A stretch of 63,305 bases of DNA, the filler included. It is 6 parts of 6 records of this genome, joined end to end, with 100 filler letters (N's around TTAATTAATTAA, not from the genome) between each part and the next. Parts side by side here need not be neighbours in the genome. Positions count along the whole stretch, not along the records: positions 48,569 to 57,178 come from SRR31147125_4531; positions 57,279 to 63,305 come from SRR31147125_4637; 4 more parts are not named here. One strand, written 5' to 3'. Below are positions 53,831-63,305 of the stretch, in pieces; positions within the stretch are counted from its first letter, which is position 1; the number at the start of each line of letters is the position of its first letter. A model generated the notes under the pieces. The model was not told the origin of the DNA, did no database searches, and was given only the letters and a program-made list of their open reading frames with translations. The translations under genes were made by a program, and so were the position numbers.

Positions 53831-54327
53831 TCTTTTGCAACCTCCTTCTCTTCTTTTAGCGATTTTTCTTTTCTTTTAATACAATTTATAAATTTTTTAA
53901 AAGCATAAAAAAACATAAAAAAGCATGACATTGCGATACTTCCATATGGTATAAACATAGGTAAGCCCATTGCAGGAGATGTTTGTATTAATCCTAATTT
54001 GGCGAAGATTAGACCATACGCAGCAATTAATAAGAAAAATAATGAAAGAATTAAATATAAACCATTATTCAATTTTCTTTTTATACTCTCAGAAAATTTA
54101 TTAAACAATATATCTACTTTTACATACTCATCCCTCTTTAGTGCCAGTGGGGCAGCAAAGGCAACGGAATAAATAAATAAAAACCGTGACGCTTCCTCTG
54201 TCCAAGAAGGCGTTTTAGGTAACAAAAATCTAGCGAAAACTTGCAAAAAAACTACAGAAATTAGGGCAGTGAAACTAATCACTGCGCCCACCTCCAGCAG
54301 TTTTGAAATAAAATCTTTTTTCTTCAC
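53821..54327 (-). CDS. dctQ: TRAP transporter small permease
   Basis: LQVFARF...SWTEEASR; 4 TM segments. Confidence 0.92.
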   Translation of the reverse strand: MKKKDFISKLLEVGAVISFTALISVVFLQVFARFLLPKTPSWTEEASRFLFIYSVAFAAPLALKRDEYVKVDILFNKFSESIKRKLNNGLYLILSLFFLLIAAYGLIFAKLGLIQTSPAMGLPMFIPYGSIAMSCFFMFFYAFKKFINCIKRKEKSLKEEKEVAKEWK

Positions 54328-54376
54328 TGCTAATCTCTCCTTTTGTAATGATTATCATAAATATTAGATACTCATT

Positions 54377-55375
54377 TTATTTTGTTTCAACGATTTCTTT
54401 GTAAAGAGCATACTGTTCTGCTGTTAGGATATCCTTCATAGCAGGAACAACTTTTGCTTGGAATTCAGCTTTGTTTACAGGTACAATTTGCATCCCTTTG
54501 TCAATTAAACTTTGTTTAGCTTCTGCAATAAAGCTATCGAACATATTTTGAGCATACATTTGAGCCTCTGCTGCTGATTCTTCAACAATCTCTCTAAGTT
54601 CAGGACTTAATTCGTTAAGTTGCTCTTTTCCAGCTACACAATAGATCCATTGAATAACGTGTTCAGTTTCATACGCATATTTTTGTACTTCGTAGAAACC
54701 TAAGCTGTTAATTAAATCATACGGATTTTCTTGCGCTTGAATAGTATTCTGTTGCAGTGAAGTAAATACCTCTTGTAGTGACATTGGAGTAGGTTTTGCT
54801 CCTAAAACTTCCCAAGTTTTAACAAATACAGGAACATCTGGAACTCTAATTATTAATCCTTTTAAATCATCAACACTTTTGATAACTTTGTTAGTTGTAA
54901 GTTCTCTAGGTGCTCTTTCGTGGTAGTATAAAGGAACTAATCCAGCTTTATCTTCGATGTCTTCCTTAATTTCGTTACCTATAGGACCAGCTAAAACTTT
55001 TCTCATGTGATCTAAATCTCTAAAAGCATATGGAACAGCCATCAAAGCAGCTTTTGGAGCCCAGTTTTGCAAAGTCTCTCCAGTAAGAACCATATCCAGA
55101 GTTTTTAGTCGGACACTATTAATCATATCTGTTTCAGATCCAAGCTGACCATTAGGAAAAACTTCAATTGTCATTTTTCCATCAGATTTTTCTTTAACTA
55201 AGTCTGCAAATTTGACAGCTGTTTTGTGCCAAATATGATCTGTGTTTGCGTTGTGCCCAAGTTTCCATGTAACATTCTTTTTCTTCTTACCAAAACCAAA
55301 TAATGCGTAAGATTTTTCTTGTACAGATAACATAATAAAAGCAACCAATACTACAAATAAAGACATTTTTTTCAT
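54377..55375 (-). CDS. dctP: TRAP transporter substrate-binding protein
   Basis: True start 55375 after GGAGGA; FPNGQLG, DLKGLIIRVP, QENP. Confidence 0.95.
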   Translation of the reverse strand: MKKMSLFVVLVAFIMLSVQEKSYALFGFGKKKKNVTWKLGHNANTDHIWHKTAVKFADLVKEKSDGKMTIEVFPNGQLGSETDMINSVRLKTLDMVLTGETLQNWAPKAALMAVPYAFRDLDHMRKVLAGPIGNEIKEDIEDKAGLVPLYYHERAPRELTTNKVIKSVDDLKGLIIRVPDVPVFVKTWEVLGAKPTPMSLQEVFTSLQQNTIQAQENPYDLINSLGFYEVQKYAYETEHVIQWIYCVAGKEQLNELSPELREIVEESAAEAQMYAQNMFDSFIAEAKQSLIDKGMQIVPVNKAEFQAKVVPAMKDILTAEQYALYKEIVETK

Positions 55376-55401
55376 AAAAATCCTCCCAATATAATTTTTA
55401 T

Positions 55402-55453
55402 TACAAGCTAACTTGTATATTAGTATATTATTACTATTTTTTGATTTTGTCAA
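55402..55453 (-). promoter_or_regulatory. dctP promoter with overlapping GntR/FadR-type operator
   Basis: TTGACA-17 nt-TAATAT on the - strand; quasi-palindrome ACTTGTATATTAGT (55411-55424) and TACAAG half-site at the predicted start. Confidence 0.65.
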
Positions 55454-55733
55454 GTTTAAATGAACTTTTTTCGATGTTTTAGTTTGTATAAAGATCACTA
55501 AATCATTATTTTTGTATAAAAATATAACAAAAGTTATAAAAATTATAAATAAATATGTGATATACAAGAAGATTAAAACTCTTGCCATATTTTCTAAAAT
55601 GTTATATTATAATAGTAAGTTAATAAAAATGTGAATTTATTATTAAAAAATGAGTCTTAAAGAGATGGAAGTTTAAATTGAGTAAATAAATGTGCTAATA
55701 TACCAATAAAAAAGTGAATAGAAAGGTTTAATT

Positions 55734-56426
55734 ATGTTTTTAAAATTACCTAAAAAAAATAAAAAAGAAAATAATAGAAACTTTATATATAGAACGTTAA
55801 AAATGAATATAATGCAACTATATTTAAAGCCAGGTGATCCAATAAGCGAGATAGAGTTAAGTAAAGTTTTTAATGTGAGCAGAACACCAATTAGAGAAGC
55901 TTTTATTAAGCTGTCAGAGGATAAACTTATAGATATTTTTCCTCAAAGGGGAACTTTTATTTCTCATATAAATCTGAAACTGGTTGAAGAGGGGATATTT
56001 ATGAGAAAAAATATGGAGAGAGCAGTATTATTAAAAGCCACAGAGGACTTTCCTAAAGAGATACTAGATGAGCTGAAAAAGAATCTGGCTTTTCAAAAAG
56101 TTTTAAGTGAAATAGATGAAGAATCAAATGATTTTCTTAAGTTTGATAATCAATTCCATGAATTAATTTACACTGGTTGCAAAATGGAAAGAATTTGGAA
56201 AGCTGTTGACAATATGAGTACTCATTATAACAGGCTTCGTTTTCTTGATACTGTTGAAAAAATTAATACAGATAAAATTCTTGAGCAGCATCAAAAAATG
56301 GTTGATATTATTGAAACTAAAAATATTGATGGACTTGATGAGCTTGTAGAGGCACACTTAAAAAATATAATCTCTAAACTTGATATTTTAGAGGAAAAAT
56401 TCCCTAATTATTTTATCGTAGAGTAA
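55734..56426 (+). CDS. GntR/FadR-family regulator (FCD domain)
   Basis: LKPG..ISE.EL...FNVSRTPIREA; PQRGTF; DNQFH. Confidence 0.95.
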   Translation: MFLKLPKKNKKENNRNFIYRTLKMNIMQLYLKPGDPISEIELSKVFNVSRTPIREAFIKLSEDKLIDIFPQRGTFISHINLKLVEEGIFMRKNMERAVLLKATEDFPKEILDELKKNLAFQKVLSEIDEESNDFLKFDNQFHELIYTGCKMERIWKAVDNMSTHYNRLRFLDTVEKINTDKILEQHQKMVDIIETKNIDGLDELVEAHLKNIISKLDILEEKFPNYFIVE

Positions 56427-56593
56427 TATGAATTAATTTTTTACGTTAATGAAAAATTTAGAGATCTCACATAGAACTTATACAGATATATATAAAAATA
56501 CACTTAAATGATCTAATTGTTTAATTTTTTGAGCTTTTCTAATTTAATTAAAAAACTATGACGTTATACAAAGCTCTTTTCTGATCAATATTA

Positions 56594-56647
56594 CAAAAAT
56601 ACCTCTTAAATTGATAATGATAGTTACCAATTTAAAGAGGTATTTTG
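56594..56647. terminator. Hairpin/bidirectional terminator
   Basis: CAAAAATACCTCTTAAATTG...CAATTTAAAGAGGTATTTTG between convergent genes. Confidence 0.7.
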
Positions 56648-56688
56648 TATATTATATTACAAAAAATTTCTCGAAATTATTATTAATA

Positions 56689-57178
56689 TCAGATTTTGAA
56701 GAAATTCAAATCTTTTTCTAATGAATTTACCATTTGATTCAGCTCTCTTATTATCTCTTGACTTTCAACTAAAGCATCTCTCATTTTACTCGAAATGTCC
56801 GTAGTATTCATACTTAGTCCCTCTATCTCGCTGGAACTGTCAGTTATAGAACTAATCGCTTCTGTTATTTCTCGGGAAGCTATTGACTGCTCATTTACCG
56901 AATTAGATATTTCTGCCAGATCATCGTTATTTTTATCAGTATATTCTGTTACTAATTCCATATCTTCTTTTGATACTTCAGATAATTTTATTCCCTCTGT
57001 TACTTTTACACTAATTACTTCACTTCCATCCCTTACTCGGCTTACACCTGATTGGACTGTTTTAATTAGTTCCTCTATTTTACCAGTCTCTTGATTAGTT
57101 TGTTCTGCAAGCTTTCTAATCTCATCAGCTACAACAGAGAATCCTCGCCCAGCTTCTCCTGCTCTGGCTGCTTCAATT
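56689..57178 (-). CDS. Methyl-accepting chemotaxis protein C-terminus (partial)
   Basis: [27 protein letters not shown] signalling hairpin. Confidence 0.95.
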
Positions 57179-57278
57179 NNNNNNNNNNNNNNNNNNNNNN
57201 NNNNNNNNNNNNNNNNNNNNNNTTAATTAATTAANNNNNNNNNNNNNNNNNNNNNNNNNNNNNNNNNNNNNNNNNNNN
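57179..57278. other. Artificial contig linker
   Basis: Same 100-nt linker. Confidence 0.98.
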
Positions 57279-58485
57279 TATCCAACCGATTGTCCGCAAC
57301 GCGAAAAAAATGGCTGGACTGGCGATGCACACCTGGCTTCGGAAATGGGATTGTATAATTTTGATGGGATTACTGTTTATGAAAAATGGATTGCCGACCA
57401 CCGCGACGAGCAACAACCCAATGGGGTGCTTCCTGCAATTATTCCCACAAGCGGTTGGGGGTATCAGTGGGCAAATGGCCCCGACTGGACAAGTACCATC
57501 GCCATTATTCCATGGAATATTTACCTGTTTTATGGCGATTCATATTTACTGGAAGAAACCTACGATAATATTAAACGCTATGTTGATTATATAACCAGTA
57601 TTAGCGAAAACAACTTAACCGATTGGGGATTGGGAGACTGGTGTCCGTATAAAGCTAAAAGTTCGAAAAAGTTTACCTCTTCAGTTTATTATTATATCGA
57701 TGTTTCAATTTTATCCCAAACGGCTAAATTATTTGGAAAAACGGAGGATTTTAAACGGTATAATAACCTGGCCAACAACATCAGGGAAGCAATTAATACA
57801 GAATTCTTCGATAACGGAAACGGCATTTATTGCAGCGGAACACAAACCGAATTAAGCGTTGCTTTGCATTGGGGAATTGTGCCTGATGAGTTTAAACAAA
57901 AAGTAGCAGATAACCTGGCAAAAACAGTGATTGCCGGTAACTCGCATGTTGATGTGGGCATACTCGGAAGTAAAACTTTGTTGAATGCGTTAAGCGACAA
58001 TGGTTATGCCGATTTGGCTTACAAAGTAGCATCGCAGGAAACCTTTCCTTCGTGGGGCTGGTGGATAAAGAACGGCTCCACTACGCTTATCGAAAACTGG
58101 AAAATGGGAAAGGAAACCAAGGACAATTCGCAAAACCACATCATGTTTGGTGAGATTAGTGCCTGGTACTATAAAGCCTTGGGGGGAATTAAAGTAGATT
58201 CGGCAATTCCCGGTTTTAAACATTTTTATGGAACCGAATTTTGTTGAAGGACTGGAACAATTCGAAGCAAAGTACAACAGCCCTTGCGGTGAGATTATAA
58301 GCTCGTGGAAAAAAGTGAAAAGAAAAGTGGAATATGAAGTTGTTGTTCCGGCAAATAGCACAGCAACCTTAATATTAAAAGGAAAGCTAATAAGCTGCAG
58401 CCCTGAAATTGAGTTTAATCAGTTGGGTAATGAACAAGAGGTTTTGCTCCCGGCCGGTACTTATAAGTTTACAATAAATCAATAA
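57279..58485 (+). CDS. GH78 alpha-L-rhamnosidase (partial, apparent frameshift ~58225)
   Basis: YPTDCPQREKNGWTGDA, LGDW, TTLIENW, SQNHIMFG; the C-terminal SP.GEI.SSW...VPAN.TA lies in another frame. Confidence 0.92.
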
Positions 58486-58552
58486 TAAGAAATCTTTTCG
58501 CGTGTAAATTTTGCAGGATAGTACTGTAATGAATTTAAAATAAATTGGCCTG

Positions 58553-60178
58553 ATGATGACTAAAATAAACTTATCCTTTATCCTGATTCTTTTTTTGTTT
58601 TTTTCTCAGGCAAAGGGGCAACCCAATCGAATTCTTCAAGCGGACAACTTCAACTATTACATCGAATTTTTTAATTCGGTTGACGACGAGCCTGTAAAAA
58701 ATGCCATTTCAAATGACGAATGTTGGGATTGGATGCAAAACAATATCCCGTGGTTCGAATGCCCCGACAAGGAAATAGAACAGATGTATTATTACCGTTG
58801 GTGGGTGTACCGGAAGCACATTAAAGAAACTCCGGCAGGTTATGTAATAACAGAGTTTTTACCCGAGGTTAGCCATGCCAAAAAGTACAACACTATTGCC
58901 TGTGCTGCCGGTTTACATGTTGACGAAGGAAAGTGGCTGCGTAATAATGGTTATGTTTCAGATTATCTGAAATTTTGGTTTTCGGAAGATGGAGAGCCCC
59001 GCCATTACAGCTCGTGGTTTGCCACTGGTATTTATGAATATTGTACAAACATTGGCGACTTTTCGCTGGCAGAAGAATTGTTGCCAAAACTGGTAGATAA
59101 TTTTTATGGTTGGGAAGAAAGTAATTCGCACAAATCGGGCCTGTTATGGTCGTACGACGATCGCGACGGTGGCGAATATTCCATAAGTGGTTCGGGACTT
59201 CGGCCAACCTTAAATTCGTTTATGTTTGCCGATGCAGTTAGTATTTCGAAAATTGCAGCCCGATTGGGAGAAACTGAGTTAGCCGGTGAATTTCAAAAGA
59301 AATCTGAAGATTTAAAGCATTTGGTTCAGACTAAAATTTGGGACGAAAACGACGAATTTTTCTGCACGTTGCCTTTGGAAAAAAGAGATGATGAAATAGA
59401 AACCTATAATCATCGCGAAGTAAGTCCCGAGAGGCATGTACGCGAGTTGTACGGTTATTTCCCCTGGCGATTTAATTTACCCGATAATGGTTTTGAGAGT
59501 GCCTGGAAACAAATTCTTGACAATGATGGTTTTTATGCTCCGTTTGGGCCAACAACAGCCGAACAACGTCATCCTTTGTTCATGAAAAACCGAATAAAAC
59601 GTTGCCAGTGGGATGGTTCCAGCTGGCCATTTGCCACAAGTTTAACTTTGGGCGGAATGCGAAATTTGCTTCATAACTACAATCAAAATATCATTAAAAA
59701 AGATGATTTCCTCGAACTGATGAAAATCTACGCCCACTCGCAGCACCGCACGCTGCCTTATGGAGACGTGATTCCGTGGATTGGTGAAAGCCTGCATCCA
59801 CAATCCGGAGTTTGGTTGTCGCGTGCCATTGCGCTCGATATGAATATTCCGAAAGTTGCCAAACAATACTGGAAAGATAAAAACGCTGCTGTATTACGCG
59901 GAAAAGATTATAACCATTCAAGTTATTGCGATTTGGTAATTTCAGGATTGGTAGGATTAAATGTAACCGATAACGGAGAAATAATTGTTGAGCCATTAAT
60001 TCCTTCAAAAGAGTGGGATTGGTTTTGTTTGGAAAAAGTTTCCTGTCTCGGGAAGTCGTTGACAATTGTTTGGGACAAGACCGGAAAGAAATATAACAGC
60101 GGAAAAGGCTTTTATGTTATTGTGAATGGAGAACAAAAGTTTCACAGCCGTCGTATTGAGAAAGCAATCATCAATTAA
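58553..60178 (+). CDS. MGH1-like (alpha/alpha)6 glycosidase, probable GH142 beta-L-arabinofuranosidase
   Basis: IPWFECPD..IE..YYYRWW..RKH, DDRDGGE, RPTLNS, RELYGY, CQWDG.SWP, DYNHS. Confidence 0.7.
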   Translation: MMTKINLSFILILFLFFSQAKGQPNRILQADNFNYYIEFFNSVDDEPVKNAISNDECWDWMQNNIPWFECPDKEIEQMYYYRWWVYRKHIKETPAGYVITEFLPEVSHAKKYNTIACAAGLHVDEGKWLRNNGYVSDYLKFWFSEDGEPRHYSSWFATGIYEYCTNIGDFSLAEELLPKLVDNFYGWEESNSHKSGLLWSYDDRDGGEYSISGSGLRPTLNSFMFADAVSISKIAARLGETELAGEFQKKSEDLKHLVQTKIWDENDEFFCTLPLEKRDDEIETYNHREVSPERHVRELYGYFPWRFNLPDNGFESAWKQILDNDGFYAPFGPTTAEQRHPLFMKNRIKRCQWDGSSWPFATSLTLGGMRNLLHNYNQNIIKKDDFLELMKIYAHSQHRTLPYGDVIPWIGESLHPQSGVWLSRAIALDMNIPKVAKQYWKDKNAAVLRGKDYNHSSYCDLVISGLVGLNVTDNGEIIVEPLIPSKEWDWFCLEKVSCLGKSLTIVWDKTGKKYNSGKGFYVIVNGEQKFHSRRIEKAIIN

Positions 60179-60203
60179 AATTAGCATTAACCAATAAGTA
60201 AAA

Positions 60204-62927
60204 ATGAACCGAATTCAAATATTCCTTTTTATAAGCATTTTTATTTCTTTTTTATCGTGTTCTGAAAAAGAAGAACAAAATTACTGGCCCGAAATTACAA
60301 ACGAGGCCAAACCCTGGACGCGTTGGTGGTGGATGGGGAATTCGGTTGACCGTGAAAACATTACAGAGTTAATGAAACAATACGCTGAAAAAGGTATTGG
60401 CGGAGTTGAAATTACGCCCATTTATGGTGTGAAAGGAGAGGAGGCAAATTACATTGAATTCTTGTCGCCAAAATGGATGGAAATGTTACAAACAACAGTT
60501 GATGTTGCAAATGCCAACGGAATGGGAGTTGATATGAACACCGGAACCGGCTGGCCATTTGGAGGACCTACAATAACCGACGAGTTTGCAGCAAAAAAAA
60601 TGTTATTTCATTCGCTTGGAAATGTCTCGCAAAGCAAGGTTGAAAAGTATATAGAAAGAATGACTCAAAATGCAGAAAATGATTTAATTGGGCTTACGGC
60701 TTACAATAAAAATCAGCAAATTAACTTGTTGGAAGCAGGAAGTTCTGTAAATGATATTGATAAAAGTGATCGACAAATTCTGGCTGTAACACAAAAAAAT
60801 ACGGGGCAAAAAGTAAAACGTGCTGCTCCGGGGGGCGAAGGTTTGGTTTTCAACCATTTTTCAGAAAATGCAACAAAACATTATTTGCAACGCTTTGATG
60901 AAGCTTTTAATCAAAATCCGGGAGTGCGTTGTTTTTTTAACGACAGCTACGAACTTTCTTCTGCCAGTTCCGCTTCAGAACTTTTCGACACTTTCAAAAA
61001 AATGAAAGGCTACGATTTGGCTCTTTATGCAAAAGAGTTAAGTGGCGATGGCGATAAAGATGAAATTGCCCGAATTAAAGCCGATTATCGCGATGTATTG
61101 GGCGAAATGCTTTTACAAAATTTCACTTCAACCTGGACCAATTGGGCTGCAAAATACGGTACAAAAACCAAAAATCAGGCGCACGGTTCGCCCGGAAACC
61201 TGATTGATTTGTATGCTGCGGTTGGCATTCCAGAAATGGAAACTTTTCATTCTAGCAACTTTCCGTTTTTGCAGGATTATATCGATAAAAGCGATGCACT
61301 GCATACCGAAAGCAACCGATTATTTAAGAAGTTTGCGTCGTCGGCTGCGCACATGAAAGGCGAAAATTTAGTGTCGTGCGAAACGTTTACATGGTTAAAT
61401 GAGCATTTAAAAACGCCTCTTTATCAATGTAAACCCGAGCTCGACGAACTTTTTGTAAAAGGTGTTACCCATTTGTTTTTTCATGGAACGGCGTATTCGC
61501 CAAAACGTGCTGACTGGCCAGGCTGGTTGTTTTACGCGTCGGTGCATATGGAACCAAACAATCCGCAATGGGAACATGTTAAGGCAATGAACAATTATAT
61601 TGCCCGTTGTCAGTCGGTGCTGCAACAAGGAAAACATACCAACGATTTTCTGGTGTTTTGGTCGCCCTACGATTTTAACCACGATGCCGAAAAACTGGAT
61701 AAAAAACTAACACTGCATAATTCTGATAATTGGGTGCACCTGCCCGAAATTGATGAATTGCTTGACAAAGGCTATCAATTCGATTTTATAACCGACCGAA
61801 TTATTGCAAATGCCGAAGTTAAAGGAAATGAAATTGTAACCTTCGGAAAAACGAATTATAAAACCGTTGTAATTCCACATCTCAATCGAATTAAATTGGA
61901 AACTTTTAAGCGATTATTGCAAATAGCCGAAGAGGGAGCAACTGTCATCTTTTCCAATTTGCCTGAACATGTTTGTGGATTTAGAAACTATAAAAAGCAG
62001 GAGGCAGAACTGGCAGAAATAATTGCTGCACTTCAGTTTACAGAATCCGGCGCAATTCAAATTACACAAAAAGGAAAGGGGAAAATTTATGTTGGAAATG
62101 TTGAAGAAGCATTGAAAGATTTTGGTATCATCCGCGAAACTTTAATCGATTTCAACGTTAAAAATATTTCGCGCGAAACTGAAAATGGTTTTTATTATTT
62201 TATTGCCAACCACGAAAAAGAGAGAATAGATAAGTGGCTGACATTTAAACATAGTACAAAAAATGTTTTGCTGATGAATCTAATGAATGGAGATGTAAGC
62301 CAGGCAGAATCGAAATCAGGTAAAGTGCATATTGAATTGGAATCCGGGGCATCAACCATTGTATTTTTTACCAATCAAAAAGTTAGTGGAGTAAAGGCTT
62401 ATTCTTGTTCCCAAAAGGGTACTTCTATTCCGTTAACAAATCCTTGGAAACTGAAAACAATTTCAGGTGGCCCCGAATTAATTGAGGAAACAACATTGCC
62501 CGAATTAAAATTATGGACTGATTTAGCGGGAATCCAAAGTGAAAATTTTGCAGGTACTTGCGAGTATTCAACTTCGTTTCGTATCAATAAATTGGAGTCG
62601 GACAATTATTTGTTACGGTTTGAAAAAGTTGAGGCATCGGCCAAAGTTTTTGTAAATGATGAAGAAGTGGCTACACTTTGGAGTTTCCCGTTTGAGGTTG
62701 AAGTTGGCAATTTTCTGAAAGATGGCGAAAATACATTGCGTGTGGAAGTCTCGAATTTAGGGGCCAACCGAATTCGTTACATGGACCGGAAAGGAATAGA
62801 ATGGAAGAAATTCCAGAACATTAATATTGTTAACTTAGATTATAAACCATTAGATGCTTCTGATTGGAAAGTTATACCTTCGGGTTTAAGTGGAAAAGTA
62901 GAACTGGTGCCGTTGTTTAATAACTGA
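60204..62927 (+). CDS. GH106 alpha-L-rhamnosidase lipoprotein
   Basis: Lipobox LSC; KPWTRWWWMG, GIGGVEITPIYG, GTGWPFGGP, FNDSYE, QAHG, ASSAAH. Confidence 0.9.
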   Translation: MNRIQIFLFISIFISFLSCSEKEEQNYWPEITNEAKPWTRWWWMGNSVDRENITELMKQYAEKGIGGVEITPIYGVKGEEANYIEFLSPKWMEMLQTTVDVANANGMGVDMNTGTGWPFGGPTITDEFAAKKMLFHSLGNVSQSKVEKYIERMTQNAENDLIGLTAYNKNQQINLLEAGSSVNDIDKSDRQILAVTQKNTGQKVKRAAPGGEGLVFNHFSENATKHYLQRFDEAFNQNPGVRCFFNDSYELSSASSASELFDTFKKMKGYDLALYAKELSGDGDKDEIARIKADYRDVLGEMLLQNFTSTWTNWAAKYGTKTKNQAHGSPGNLIDLYAAVGIPEMETFHSSNFPFLQDYIDKSDALHTESNRLFKKFASSAAHMKGENLVSCETFTWLNEHLKTPLYQCKPELDELFVKGVTHLFFHGTAYSPKRADWPGWLFYASVHMEPNNPQWEHVKAMNNYIARCQSVLQQGKHTNDFLVFWSPYDFNHDAEKLDKKLTLHNSDNWVHLPEIDELLDKGYQFDFITDRIIANAEVKGNEIVTFGKTNYKTVVIPHLNRIKLETFKRLLQIAEEGATVIFSNLPEHVCGFRNYKKQEAELAEIIAALQFTESGAIQITQKGKGKIYVGNVEEALKDFGIIRETLIDFNVKNISRETENGFYYFIANHEKERIDKWLTFKHSTKNVLLMNLMNGDVSQAESKSGKVHIELESGASTIVFFTNQKVSGVKAYSCSQKGTSIPLTNPWKLKTISGGPELIEETTLPELKLWTDLAGIQSENFAGTCEYSTSFRINKLESDNYLLRFEKVEASAKVFVNDEEVATLWSFPFEVEVGNFLKDGENTLRVEVSNLGANRIRYMDRKGIEWKKFQNINIVNLDYKPLDASDWKVIPSGLSGKVELVPLFNN

Positions 62928-62968
62928 TTGTATACCGGACAAGCATCAAAAAATATAAAATTACAGTT

Positions 62969-63305
62969 ATGACTTTAAAAACGATATTATTCATGATGTT
63001 GCTAACTCCATTGTTGGGGTGGGCACAAAAAGACGTACTCTTCTTTTCATACTTTAAAGGAAACGGCGAAGATGGCCTGCATTTGGCTTACAGCGAAGAC
63101 GGCTATAAATGGAACACTTTAAAAAACGACGAATCGTTTTTACAGCCTGAAGTGGGTGAGAGTATTTTAATGCGCGACCCGTGTATAATTTATGGTCCCG
63201 ACAAACAATTTCATATGGTGTGGACCAGCGGCTGGAAAGAGCGCGGAATTGGTTATGCCAGCTCGAAAGATTTGGTAAACTGGTCGGAACAAATTTATAT
63301 TCCGG
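62969..63305 (+). CDS. GH43 glycosidase (GH43_18-like), partial; not in ORF track
   Basis: MTLKTILF...FSYFKGNGEDGLHLAYSEDG..W...MRDPCII.GPD..FHMVWT.GW...IGYASSKDLVNWSEQ. Confidence 0.88.
   Translation, partial: MTLKTILFMMLLTPLLGWAQKDVLFFSYFKGNGEDGLHLAYSEDGYKWNTLKNDESFLQPEVGESILMRDPCIIYGPDKQFHMVWTSGWKERGIGYASSKDLVNWSEQIYIP

Noticed and set aside
55376-55588. 71-aa N-terminal extension of DctP in the ORF track
   Set aside because: It runs through the promoter/operator region; a strong RBS and signal peptide place the start at 55375.

Overview
This window is not one locus. It is six unrelated bacterial contigs joined by five identical 100-nt artificial linkers (N44-TTAATTAATTAA-N44, stops in all six frames). 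(1) 1-7741 looks planctomycete-like: an IS256 remnant truncating a Fic gene, an ECF sigma/Ser-Thr kinase pair and a divergent repeat-rich autotransporter. (2) 7842-23171 is a diderm FCB/KSB1-like contig: Ub-Mut7C RNase, endonuclease V, ceramidase-like protein, PduO, SOD, and an operon of giant TPR protein + apparently plug-less TonB-type barrel + ExbB/ExbD/TonB. (3) 23272-42715 looks like an Acholeplasmatales mollicute using code 11: rnc-dnaD-nth, an NprR/PlcR-like regulator beside a heterodimeric ABC exporter, an Ig-repeat surface protein, flavodoxin, dnaE, a CDF transporter and a giant acidic protein with a CvpA-like anchor. (4) 42816-48468 is Bacteroidales housekeeping (DUF349, pyrG, yidC, M49 peptidase). 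(5) 48569-57178 is a low-GC anaerobe TRAP-uxuA-uxuB sugar-acid operon with a GntR regulator and an MCP. (6) 57279-63305 is a Bacteroidales rhamnogalacturonan-II-type glycosidase cluster. Several genes are split by deletions in homopolymer runs, most likely sequencing errors. The strongest novelty candidates are the TPR/plug-less barrel/TonB operon, the ECF-kinase-autotransporter module, the giant CvpA-anchored mollicute protein and the RRNPP-like regulator in a mollicute. Taxonomic and family calls come from motif recognition only; no searches were run.
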